From: Tubulanus polymorphus
Lineage: Eukaryota; Animalia; Nemertea
Assembly (NCBI RefSeq): GCF_964204645.1
Contig: NC_134026.1
Location: forward strand, 11,183,950 to 11,247,949
DNA length: 64,000 bases
Direction of reading: 5' to 3'
Shown here: positions 13,078-25,751 of the stretch, in pieces
Layout of the letters: the number at the start of each line of letters is the position of its first letter
How positions within the stretch are numbered: the first letter of the stretch is position 1
The notes under the pieces: generated by a model
Database searches by the model: none
Seen by the model: the letters and a program-made list of their open reading frames with translations, nothing else
Told to the model about the DNA's origin: nothing
Position numbers and translations under genes: made by a program

Positions 13078-13337
13078 AAGGGGCGGATTCAAGGGGCCGG
13101 GGGAGCAGGGCCAGGAGCGCTCCCCACTAAAAAAATTTCAAGGTGCGCTAAAAAAATTTGTTTTAATTTTTTAGTAAATTTTTTCTAAAACTTAACTAAC
13201 CGTATTGGGTGTGTCTAAAATATGGTTGATGTTTTCCGGTGACTTTCCACCAGAAAAGCCCATAGATAGCTCTAAAATTGCATCAAATTTTTCCTGCTCC
13301 CCTCCTATAAAATAATTAGACCCTAGATCCGCCCCTG
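13078..13337. mobile_element. MITE with CAGGGGCGGAT-type TIRs in intron 1
   Basis: Left AGGGGCGGATTCAAGGGG, right CCCTAGATCCGCCCCTG; left junction rearranged, no clean TSD. Confidence 0.55.
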
Positions 13338-15695
13338 CGCCTGCCTTGATTCAAGTGATTGTGTCGTGAAGACTTGTAAACTAAACTTGAAGATGTTTCT
13401 TGGTATTACAGATTGGAGGCAGTGGTATAAAGAGAAACAAGAAAAACACCGGCCAATTCGATGGGAATCACAGCTAGGAAATAATGTAGGGGCTGCATCT
13501 ATTGAATGGGATGGAACACCATTTATTTACATGGGTCGCCATGTACTGATATGTCATTTTGGTACCGATCATAATCTAAAGAAAAAACAAGAATTTAAAG
13601 AAAAACAAGATAAGAAAATGGTAAATTCATCCGATAATTTTTTCTGATCATTGATTACGATATAATATTGGACTGGGTACACAAATCTGTCCAACATGTT
13701 CTATGGAATTTTCTTTCGATTTCACCAGTATTGTTTAGGCTATCTTTTTCTCATTTAAGATGGATGACCATGTTTTTTTGAAACGACGAAATTTAGTGCA
13801 GTCCACAAACAAACTTGGCTGCAATGCCAGAATATACATTTCACAAATAGTGAGATTTCCCTTGATCAAGGTAGTCAAGCAACATTGAAATACTTCTTAA
13901 AATATTCATATTTGAAAGTGCCATACTTTATTTGATTCAAATAACAGGCTTTAATGTGGTTTCATTTTCAGATACCTGAAAATGTTAGAAAGCATAAAGT
14001 GAGTGCTTCTGAATGCTTGCGAAATGATTTGTCTGCTAATATAGATTCTGTGCATGGGGTTGTTCAGTTTGTTATTCGATTCCCGAGTTCTGAAGATCAT
14101 ACAAATCATCCCGTTTCTGGTGAAGTAAGTTGCCTATGTTGTGATTGCAGTATAATTGATTTGATAATTCCAGAGTTATTAAAACTTTTGATACAAGCAC
14201 AATTTATATCTTTTGGATCATTTCAAATTTATCTAACTCTTCATAAAATATTGATGCCTTCAGTGTATACTGGTCCGATATCAATATGTGTCTATTCAAT
14301 GCAGGGCGCTATGCTTCGTGAACCAGTATGTAGTGAAGTCAGAGACTACATCATAAAATTGACCAGAGAAGGTTTCAGAAAAGTGTCTGATACTATGAGA
14401 TCTGTAAACAATTTTGTCAATAATGAATTATTTCGAGGTTTACCAAAACCTGATCCACTAAGGAGGAGATATTTTCCAACAAGAGATGATATTCGAAACA
14501 TTATGATGAAAGCAAAAATGGAAAATCGACATAGCAAGGTTTGTATATCTTAGTTAGAGAGAAGCACTCAGTTTTCATTTGATACCTGATCACCAAGGAA
14601 CAAGAGCTTGTGATTTTGACAATTGTTGTGCTCAAATTCCTTGCCAAAATTCCACACGTCCACACACTTTAAGAATGGCAAGTTATCTGTAATTTCTTTT
14701 GCAGAATGATCAAGAAAATCTGAAAATTGAATCAGAAAAGTGGATTGAAAATGGAGACTCTGTTTATTTCCGTCCTTCAGCTTTAAAAGAAGATGGCACT
14801 GCGGAAAACTTTTCGTTATGTTACCAATCACCATGGCAGAGGAGGCTGCTTTCACGTTATGGCAATGATCTTTGTCTGCTTGATGCTACATACATAACTT
14901 TGCGCTATGCATTACCATTATTTTTTCTTTGCGTGAGAACTAACGTCAACTACAGTGTAGTTGGGGTATTTCTTACTGAGAACGAATCTGCAGATAGCAT
15001 ACAGGAGGCATTAAGAGTATTTCAAAAGTGGAATCCAGACTGGAAACCCGCACAGTTTGCAACTGATTACAGTCTGGCAGAAATCAATGCCATTGAATCA
15101 ACCTTTTCCGGTAGGTACCTGTAAGCACTGCTATTGACTGGTTAACAAAATGTACCTTCCAGTTTTGCGACTAGAACTTTTTTATCAGTTCTGTTAATGA
15201 TCAAGTAGGCTTGTCAAATTGTTTATCATGATCTCATTCAATAGATCACTAACCCATATACCAGTACAAATGTTATTTTTTCATTGAAGACTTAACTTGG
15301 GGCTATACCACAAATACACTGTACACACGTTTATCAGTATAAGTTTTATTGGTTTCTTCCATAATCATACTCTAAACGAATGTCAATTTCTACAAAAACA
15401 ACAATTTTACTTCTTTAAGATGGAAAGTATTAAGAATAGGATGTGTTGAGAAACAATATTGATCTATATTATATGATTCTAATTTTTACAGATGTTTCTG
15501 TTAAACTTTGCCAGTTCCACATGGAGAAGGCATGGAATGAATGGCTATCAAAGGCAAACCATGGAGTTCCTGTCGGTATGTTCAGCCTTACTCTCTTTTT
15601 CATATCACATTACTAGTTCTATTTGATTTGATTATGATGATAAAACCTCATATATACACCTTGATTTATAGAGTACAGAGAAGATGTCAAAAGGA

Positions 15696-16315
15696 TGTTT
15701 CGTAACGTTCAATCAGCTACGGATGAAATACAATTTAATGCAGCATACAATGTCTTACAGCAGTCACATATTTGAAAATCCAATGTAAATTTAAGAAATT
15801 GGTCCACTGGCACTTGGATTTCTGAGAAGAAAGTAAGCGCAATTTCGAGACAATAGGTGATATCGAAAATTCATAAAGACTAGTCTTTATGAATTTCTGG
15901 TGATATGTATATCCTGACTGAATAATTTTTCAATACGTTTATCGCAGGAGATGGTTTGCTGCATATCTGAAACTGAACAGGATGTCATGTGTAAGAACAA
16001 CAAATTGTTTCGTAACGTTCAATCAGCTACGGATGAAATACAATTTAATGCAGCATACAATGTCTTACAGCAGTCACATATTTGTAAATCCAATGTAAAT
16101 TTAAGAAATTGGTCCACTGGCACTTGGATTTCTGAGAAGAAAGTAAGCGCAATTTCGAGACAATAGGTGATATCGAAAATTCATAAAGACTAGTCTTTAT
16201 GAATTTCTGGTGATATGTATATCCTGACTGAATAATTTTTCAATACGTTTATCGCAGGAGATGGGTTGCTGCATATCTGAAACTGAACAGGATGTCATGT
16301 GTAAGAACAACAAAT
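15696..16315. repeat. 310-bp tandem duplication of exon-intron-exon sequence in the MULE pseudogene
   Basis: TGTTTCGTAACGTTCAATCAGC at 15696 and 16006; copies near-identical. Confidence 0.95.
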
Positions 16316-18018
16316 GGCGTTGAGCGTCAGAATGAGACGCTCAAGTACACATATCTTTCTGGATACAAAAATTGCACTCTAAAAATGTTCCTGGAATGAC
16401 TTTGGGCATTTGTATATATCAAATCCTATCTAAGCGAGCTGATGAATGTTATTGTCAATTCATATATCCCAGATTCCTATAAAAGGTGAGGAATTTTCAT
16501 AGTGTAAATTCTTATGAAATGAGTATTTTTGATTTTATTTTCTAATCAAAAATAGAAAAATGAAGCTGATAATTTTCCATTATTACCGTATTTGTACTAT
16601 AATGCTGTTTTTTTCAGATATGTGGAACTGAATACATTTTCACCCAGCACATATAGAAAATATTCAAATGATATTCCTCTTTTCCTTCAAAATCGACCTC
16701 GCAATTTCGTTAATCATGTTTCGTTTCGTTGGCAGAATTCAATTGAAAATGTGGATATCACCAAAGTAAGCGATCGTCTCTACCACGTGGTAAGCAACGC
16801 TCGCACTTACACATTGACCTTAGGTACAGAAAATAGCTTGCCTGCATGCACTTGTAAAGACTGGATCATTCATATGTTACCATGTAAGCACTTCTGCGCT
16901 ATATTCAAATACGTTGAAGGTTGTTCCTGGAATGACTTGGGGCATTTGTATATATCAAATCCTATCTTTAGCCTCGATCCTGCTTGTGTCCCACATGTTA
17001 AAGATGCTTCTGCGCCTATTTGTAATGATTCTGAAAAAATTGGGATATCCGATGAACCGGTTGGTGATTTTAGTGGGGCAAATGATGACAACATTGTCGT
17101 GGATAGTTTAGATCTCCCAGCACGCAGAGTGTCTCATAAGCTACGTTCCCGAAGAGAATGCCTAGACATCCTGAAAACGATGATTGACTATGTTCATATC
17201 CTTGACGAAAATGACCTTGAATCACTAGCTGGTTGAACTGACGGCAATGCGAAACGATACATTTCTTAAATTACCAATAAATGGGGAGTTGGTTTGTGGC
17301 CAGTCTCCGGAAAAGAAAAAGAAAACAATTGGGAAACGAAAATCTGAAGATTCTCTGTACTATCCTCTGAAAAAACATGCTCAAAGAAGTGGAAGTAACA
17401 GCTATAAAAAACGATTCGGTGTCACAGCTGATGGATTTAAAAACTTTATTAATGTTGATTTTAAGACTGTTTCAAGTGGTGTAATTGCCAAGGAATCATC
17501 TAATACAAATAATTGTACACCTATGAATCGAGTAAGGACACAAAAGTCTACATTTGCATTACCATTGCTGACACCAATGGACCATATTTCTTCGCAAGCT
17601 ATTCCTGTTTCATCCCCTCAAGACAAGGTTGTACGGACACCAGATCAATCGGATTCTTCTGATTTAGGTATTTTGATCAAGAAGTCTATCATGTTAACAA
17701 ACATTGATGCCGTTATTTTGAGGAAAGATGGATGGCTCTCAGACAGACACATTCATGCGGCGCAGTTATTAGTTAAAGAAGAATTCCCCTTTATTGCTGA
17801 CGATGCTGTTCAGATACACAACATTGGACAGCACTGGCTTATTTCGACAAGTTTTTGGGGTGTTATATCTATTTATGATTCAATGGAACCCGTGCACCGA
17901 ATGCATTTCTTAGGCATCAGTTCTGTCAGTTATATAGGAATGTGTGTCAATCGCGCCGTTCGTATTTGAATTAGCTGCGTTGTCATTGCACCCGTCAACA
18001 AATTTGTTTGATTTGGAG

Positions 18019-18234
18019 ATGGATGGATGGATGGATGGATGGATGGATGGATGGATGGATGGATGGATGGATGGATGGATGGATGGATGGATGGATGGAT
18101 GGATGGATGGATGGATGGATGGATGGATGGATGGATGGATGGATGGATGGATGGATGGATGGATGGATGGATGGATGGATGGATGGATGGATGGATGGAT
18201 GGATGGATGGATGGATGGATGGATGGATGGATGG
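18019..18234 (+). repeat. (ATGG)54 microsatellite
   Basis: 216 bp uninterrupted, abutting the left TIR. Confidence 0.97.
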
Positions 18235-19867
18235 AACACGTTCCCAAATGTTTTGATACTTTCTCAGTTTGTATCAAAAATATTGCCAATTTCTGGTCAT
18301 TGAGTCCTGAAAAATGATAAATTTACAGCGCAAAATCGTACAAACGTGTCAATTATACTTCTAAACACTTTATTTGCGGACCAGTTTATGAATTGAGCGT
18401 GGGCCATAGAGCGCCATATCCGCCTGTGATCTCGACTTTCAATTTATTACGTAAGCTATTCGTGAACAAAATGCGGCCGGCGCACAATAGAAACTTCGCT
18501 CTATGTATTCTTTCATTACCGCCGACAAAGAGGACCGATATTTCGCAAATTGGATTCGGGAGGTGTAAACCTCCCAAGGTCAAATCACTAAAATTGTGAC
18601 CTTCGTGGAGATTATCTAAAAAGCCGATGGTAATCAAATTTAGCAGAACTTTTTACCCAAACGTTTAATGGTTTGAAAATCTTTCAATGGCATTCCTAAG
18701 TATTTGATGAAAGTTGAGAAATCATAAGATATTCATATAACCATGGACTCTAAAACCTAAATCGTTTAAGAGTCCCTGGTATAAAAAAAAAACTTTGCAT
18801 AACGAAGAAGCAAAAATTCGAATCTGATTCATCTGTTTGGAATTGATTCTTATGAAATGGAAACAAATGCGTGAGCACTACTCATTGATTCGTTCATTAT
18901 TGTACAATATGTTTCATTTGTTGACCGTAAGACGTTGACATTATGTCAATTTCATTCAATTTACTTTGCGGCTTTACAACGGCTATTTCACTGGTTCTGC
19001 GTGATGAGATAATTCTGATTAAAGTTATTGTATTAATTTCTATATGTATATACGTAATGATACTCTTTCTGAATAAAGGATGCACGTTATTCGAATCCCC
19101 ACCATTGTTCTCTACAATGTACGTTAATCAAACTCACGATAAAACCAGAGCCAAAACCATGGACTCAAAAACGAAGAATCCGTGGTCAAACATACAATTC
19201 TAATTTCCCCGTTAGTTCACTGATGCCGTCAGTTTCTATCGAATGCAAGGATTCTAGCCAATCAGAGAGGCGCATGCAAACATCCATTGGCATGTAAGTT
19301 ATAGTACAACTTAGACAATAATAAAGGTGCGAGCCAATGTCAGTAACTAGAATATGTTCTTTCATCAAATATAAATAACTCAGCAGTAGTCAGTTAGTTG
19401 AGTTTGTTTGACTTGTTTTGTATTTCATCAATAAATCTATTTCATTCTATTTTAAAGTACAAACTAAACGCTTGAATTGCTTATAACACGACCAGGTATG
19501 AATTAGAATAGATTGGCTTAATATTTCGAATGCAAATTTGGCGATTAAGCAATCGGAAATTCGAAGTGCTTGAGAAATTTTTCAATACGCCCATTACTTC
19601 GAATAGCGATAAGTTCATTGACACATGTGACCATTGTTTTGTTACTTTCGATAGCGATTCGAATAAGCTATGCGACAGCTAACGGCACAATCGCAATATC
19701 AACAGAAGTTCATTTTATCCTACATGATGAGGCTAAATTCAGTGAAATCGATCGTGTTCTGAAATATATATTTTCCTGGATACATTTTGTTTATTGTAGC
19801 TATTCTATGCGGTTTATACATTAACCTGCTATAACATATTGACCGTTTTCAAGAACCCAAAAATTAC

Positions 19868-22172
19868 AATTTTCTGGGAATCTGTTTTTTCCAAAAACAA
19901 CCCAAACCCGAAATTGTGTACAGTTAGTACGCAGCGTATATAATGTCGGATTAGAGAATATTGAAAAAACTTAGAAAAAGTTCAGTGAAGGAAAATAAGC
20001 TCAGCAGTGACAAATTGTCATTTCATCTCCTTCACGTGATTAATTGATGTCCAAATATGTTCTACCGTGAAAACTCTGCATTTAGCGTCAAACGAATTTT
20101 TGTATACGTATCTCAGGATGCATGCTCTTCAAAAAGGTAGCCTATTAGGAAAAAACTTATCCGGTAAAATCCTAATTTGTCCTAAACGATATTCCAACTA
20201 TTATTTTGTTAATTATTCAATTATCATCACTAACTGGGTAAGTTAGTTGAACTTACATAAAGATATATCATTAGGGACACTTCAATTTCACACCATTCAA
20301 TATCATAAGGGAACAAAATTCTTTGAAACTTGGTTAATGGTAGTTCTTAAGACTAGGTTTTGTTTCCGGAATTTACTAAATGTACCAATTCTAATAATTC
20401 ACTCATTGAAGCTTCTATACATCAGAAGCGAAAGCTCGTGCGTCGAAATAAATAGTTAACCTTTAAAGTACTACTCGTCTCTTCATTTAAATTCAAATAA
20501 TATAAGTCTTTATTGATTCTTTTTTTGTTGGAATATGCATAACTTTTTCTGGGCAAATTTCTATATTCTGTCAAGTCATGGACGTTTTAGAGTCCATGGT
20601 CAAGGTATTTTGGCTATAACGAATATAACTAACTCCCTGGGGCAACGATGTGGCTGATGAAATGATCTCTCCCATTGTAATCCCACCATTTAATTACTCA
20701 TTGTATAACAACTCTCACAATTAAGCCTCGGACTCTTCAACGAATTATGAGTGCATGCTTTAGTATAGGCTCTGATATAGAGCATATTGTCTTGATTTAG
20801 AACATGTATGCATAAACTCTAGGCTGCAAAGAAATACGTATTCAGCGGCTCTAATCGAGTTAAATCTTTCGTGATAGATTAACACAGAAAGGCGGCACCC
20901 AATCGCTGCTTATTGACATTAGGCACAAGTCACTGTTATGTTCATTAGTAAAACTAATATAGAATTACAAGTGAGGAGGGAAAATGTATAAATTGAATTT
21001 ATAAATGAATTTATAAGAATTTTCTGGGAATCTGTTTTTTCCAAAAACAACCCAAACCCGAAATTGTGTACAGTTAGTACGCAGCGTATATAATGTCGGA
21101 TTAGAGAATATTGAAAAAACTTAGAAAAAGTTCAGTGAAGGAAAATAAGCTCAGCAGTGACAAATTGTCATTTCATCTCCTTCACGTGATTAATTGATGT
21201 CCAAATATGTTCTACCGTGAAAACTCTGCATTTAGCGTCAAACGAATTTTTGTATACGTATCTCAGGATGCATGCTCTTCAAAAAGGTAGCCTATTAGGA
21301 AAAAACTTATCCGGTAAAATCCTAATTTGTCCTAAACGATATTCCAACTATTATTTTGTTAATTATTCAACTATCATCACTAACTGGGTAAGTTAGTTGA
21401 ACTTACATAAAGATATATCATTAGGGACACTTCAATTTCACACCATTCAATATCATAAGGGAACAAAATTCTTTGAAACTTGGTTAATGGTAGTTCTTAA
21501 GACTAGGTTTTGTTTCCGGAATTTACTAAATGTACCAATTCTAATAATTCACTCATTGAAGCTTCTATACATCAGAAGCGAAAGCTCGTGCGTCGAAATA
21601 AATAGTTAACCTTTAAAGTACTACTCGTCTCTTCATTTAAATTCAAATAATATAAGTCTTAATTGATTCTTTTTTTGTTGGAATATGCATAACTTTTTCT
21701 GGGCAAATTTCTATATTCTGTCAAGTCATGGACGTTTTAGAGTCCATGGTCAAGGTATTTTGGCTATAACGAATATAACTAACTCCCTGGGGCAACGATG
21801 TGGCTGATGAAATGATCTCTCCCATTGTAATCCCACCATTTAATTACTCATTGTATAACAACTCTCACAATTAAGCCTCGGACTCTTCAACGAATTATGA
21901 GTGCATGCTTTAGTATAGGCTCTGATATAGAGCATATTGTCTTGATTTAGAACATGTATGCATAAACTCTAGGCTGCAAAGAAATACGTATTCAGCGGCT
22001 CTAATCGAGTTAAATCTTTCGTGATAGATTAACACAGAAAGGCGGCACCCAATCGCTGCTTATTGACATTAGGCACAAGTCACTGTTATGTTCATTAGTA
22101 AAACTAATATAGAATTACAAGTGAGGAGGGAAAATGTATAAATTGAATTTATAAATGAATTTATAAGAATTT
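19868..22172. repeat. 1150-bp near-identical tandem duplication
   Basis: AATTTTCTGGGAATCTG at 19868 and 21018; identical short ORFs at 20247 and 21397; AATTT microhomology at the junction. Confidence 0.95.
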
Positions 22173-22716
22173 AGCATGCATCGGAGTGCACTTAAATTGG
22201 ATTATTACAAAATAACTCACTTCAAAATTTATGATATTGTTTCATTGATATTTATTACTTTAAAGCGATTCACTTTAAGAACTTTGGTCAACAATAAGTC
22301 TGACCTGCAAATCAAATCATCGGGAGACAAAATACTGTTTCAAAAAATCATATTGCTAATACATTCCTAATCTTAACCTTTCGCCATAAACCTACTGGAT
22401 TTAGGGCCTGGGGTAAAATCTAGGTAAAATCCTCACTTGGCGAATTTTTCAAGAACATTTGAAAGCACGATATTTATTCAAACATATTCATCCACAATAC
22501 AACTGCAATATATTTAACTGTGCATTGATCTCTTTTGAGGAAATAAATCTTTAAATAAATTCATAGAATAAATGAAATTAATGAACTTTTTATTCATACT
22601 ATCTTTTCATATTCTTATTCATACTATATTTTAATTCGAACTAAATAACTCTTTTTAACTTGTGGTATAGTATGCTTATGATATGGATTCGATTTACGTA
22701 TCAATATTTTCATGTT

Positions 22717-22765
22717 GACGGGGGCCTGATGATGGCTAATAGCATTAGCCGAAACATTGCTCGTA
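22717..22765 (+). ncRNA. Minimal hammerhead-ribozyme-like motif (probable Penelope pLTR remnant)
   Basis: CTGATGA (22726-22732), stem GGCTAAT-agc-ATTAGCC, GAAA (22751-22754); stem III and cleavage triplet not clearly formed. Confidence 0.45.
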
Positions 22766-25751
22766 GAACATTTGATTTTTAGCTGAATTCATTGTGGGAT
22801 TTGTCTCGTTATTCACCATACACGGATATTGTGTATTTTCTTCTCATTTTCATGTTGGTTTTGAACAACTTAAATTTTGCGATTCTAATCCCTTATTAAC
22901 TTTAGATGACAGTAATACCTTCAATTTACATGTAAAATATGATCACTGCTGAAAGTGTAATAAGGAATATATATTTACTCCAGTGACAATATTTTGATTC
23001 AAAGATTTAATTCAATCATCTAGTCCGAGTCTGTATGGTAAAACCTCTGGCTAACCAAGAGCTAACCGAATACCGACAATAGAAGGTGGTCGCTTAAAAA
23101 TTAGTTAATTTACGCAACAGGAATCTATCTTGATTTCAAGGGCACTTCAATTAATCGTTTCAATAGTGACCACTGTAAATTAGCCAGTAGTTTCAACGAC
23201 CGAATTCAATCAACCGATTCGTATCCTAAGAATGAGAATTGTATCTAACCACAGTAGTTATTCCTCATCAAACGTTCGTTCATCATATTATACATCTATA
23301 CATCATTACTATCATCTTCAGTTAATAGAAGTGCAATAAAATCTTGAATCTATGAGTTGAGTTTTTTTGAACATAATAAATTGTGTTGATTTTATGTTAA
23401 ATCAAATATTGGGAATATTTTACCGGGGGATTTTTACTTTGGGGATAATAAGCTAAATTATTTTATATCATCGGTTTTCAGTAAGAAAAAAAAACAACTA
23501 TTAATCTTAACTACACTTATATTCCTTTTGGAACATTAAGATTCTTTCATTGAATTTAATATGTTATTTCGTACATAGTTCATCACAGTGCGTCATTCAC
23601 GCTTAAATGTACAAAACTTCTTTACAGAGTTCAAAATATAAACCAACAATCTCATCTCAAGCATGTACTAGCGCTGACGCTATGGGATAAAACCAAGTCT
23701 CGATTCATTGCCTAAAATGTGGGTACATTCATTCAAATCAGGACTAAAATACGCTTATATGAATATCTTGCATGATATCATTTTACATTACGGGTGTCTC
23801 ATAGGCCTGGTTTTACTTGTACATTGTCATCAATTGATTAAACATCCCAAGTAACTTCTTTATTTACTTATGGCTTAATCACTGGTATTCAATAGCTAGT
23901 CGGCTATAGAAAGACTAACCCGATAAAATTCTATTAACCGTTCGTCCAGAGTCGAACACTCGCGCGTTAATTCCCAACGATTTTAAAGAAAGAAAATGAT
24001 TGCATGAAATCTACTTTTCGTATCAATCGGCGTCCAATCTCTTAAACCATCCTAAACACAGTAGTGTAGTAGTTTGTGTCTATTTGCTTTTGCTGATGTC
24101 ATTTAACATAACAATGGAAATGTATTCGTTTATTTGGAAATTATATGAAGATATGGAGTAATCATGTGACAAATCAAATTGTTACTGCAAGGCAAAACAT
24201 AGCGCACTTCAGATATATGATATGGCCTTAAAGACTTTTCATATATTAACAGTCCAGTTTAACGTCTATTGATATGAATGGTCCAGTTTTGATATGACTG
24301 TCGCAACAGTTGGAATAAAACCTATGAAATCTAGGGGCATTTATCTCATGAAATTTAGATTTGAGATAATTGTATTGTATTGTATGAGGATTAAACATTT
24401 CAATGGCTGGTGATTATTTGTGATGAAGTAATCAGTGAGATGGACTGTGATTGAGGCACTCGGGTCAGATAATATTTTTAGATAAAACAGTGCATTTGTT
24501 AAAGCAGAACACATGATTTTAAACTATATATAAGTAGCTAAACCGTTAATTTTCATTCCTAACTTTTCATCACTCCCGATTATCAAAAATAATTCAACAG
24601 TTTGATTAACGGATAGTTGCAGTTAACAACATTTCTATCTGATAGAGAAGGTATACAGGTATACAGAGGAACAAGAAAAGAACATCCAACTAGACACTGA
24701 AAAATCTTTATTCGGGTTTTTTACCTGGGGCCTTTACCTTGGGGTATATTTAACAAGGGGATTTTTACTGAAAGGGACCTTTACGGGGCGAGTTTTTACC
24801 CGATCACATCGATTATTGAATGACATGTTCGATAAAATCATGACAAAAACTGGTATCACTGGTACAATTTGCTAATTTTCGCTGTTTGGGTGGTTCTGTA
24901 GACTATTGGCTATACCGTTGGTAACTGACTAGCTATTTGTATCACTGATCGGACTGTGAAAATATAGCTTTGACAAAACCACAACGAGAAATGAATCAAA
25001 TGCAATATTTTACTCGAAAACGAGCTTAACCACGGAATCAGTAACGTTTTTTTACAGTCCATGGCTGAAATGACGCTATTGAAAAAATCAATGAGAAATA
25101 CTGCCTCCGATTTTTATGACGAAAATATAGGAATGAATTCTGAACAGAATCAAATCAGGTTGTTCTTATTGGTATTGTGTATACATTTCATTTATTAGAT
25201 ATTTCACGTAATTCGTGTAATTAGGAAAAACTCGATCCAATAATTGGTTTTTCTTTCGGTTTTACGTAATTTACAACTTACCAAATATGGACTACATGGT
25301 TTGACATTAAAACCAGCGAGCATTATGGTATCAAGTTCAACCAAAATTGATAACGATCGGCCTTTCGTAGAATCTCCCTGAAGGTCACAATTTTAGTAAA
25401 TTGACCTTGGGAGGTTTAAACCTCCCGAATCCAATTAGCAAAATATCGGTCCTCTATGTCGGCGACAATAAAAGTACCCTGCGCGTAACTTTCTATTGTG
25501 CGCCTGCCGCGTTTTGGGCACGAGTAGCTTACGTAATCCTAATTGAAAGTTGAGATCACAGGCAGATATTGAGGTCTATGGCCCACACATAACATCATAA
25601 ATTGGTCAGGAAATAAAGTGTTTTGAGGTATAGATGACACGTTTGTACGATTTTACACTGTAAATTTATCATTTTTCAGGACTTAAGGACCAAAAATCGG
25701 CAATATTTTTGATACAAACTGAGAAAGTATCAAAACATTTGAGAACGCGTT

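Larger units (their letters stand above)
12637..18018 (+). pseudogene. Intron-rich Mutator/MULE transposase pseudogene: CaRF(ALS2CR8)-like N-terminus, MULE DDE domain, SWIM zinc finger, C-terminal Ulp1/SENP-like protease remnant
   Basis: GT-AG exons ~12637-12777, 13412-13620, 13760-13870, 13972-14124, 14305-14538, 14705-15110, 15492-15575, 15672-15832, ~16258-16485, 16618-~18018. Motifs: WDGTPF..CHFG and FV..ELF....P...R.FPT..DIRN (CaRF-like); LLDATY / FATDYS / CQFH / TTNGVE (MULE); CTC..W....PCKH (SWIM); WLSDRHI..AQ, QHW, IYDS (Ulp1-like). Frameshifts, a TGA at ~15773, an internal duplication and 3' truncation. Confidence 0.85.
18235..25751. mobile_element. 7.5-kb non-autonomous long-TIR element embedded in (ATGG)n; superfamily unassigned
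   Basis: Left AACACGTTCCCAAATGTTTTGATACTTTCTCAGTTTGTATCAAAAATATTGCC is the inverse of right GGCAATATTTTTGATACAAACTGAGAAAGTATCAAAACATTTGAGAACGCGTT; clear inverted similarity for ~425 bp (18235-18660 vs 25325-25751), patchy to ~19190/25025; no transposase ORF inside. Confidence 0.85.

Noticed and set aside
24712-24808. GGATTTTTACC-like subrepeats resembling a Mutator TIR
   Set aside because: No matching opposite end with TSD could be fixed.
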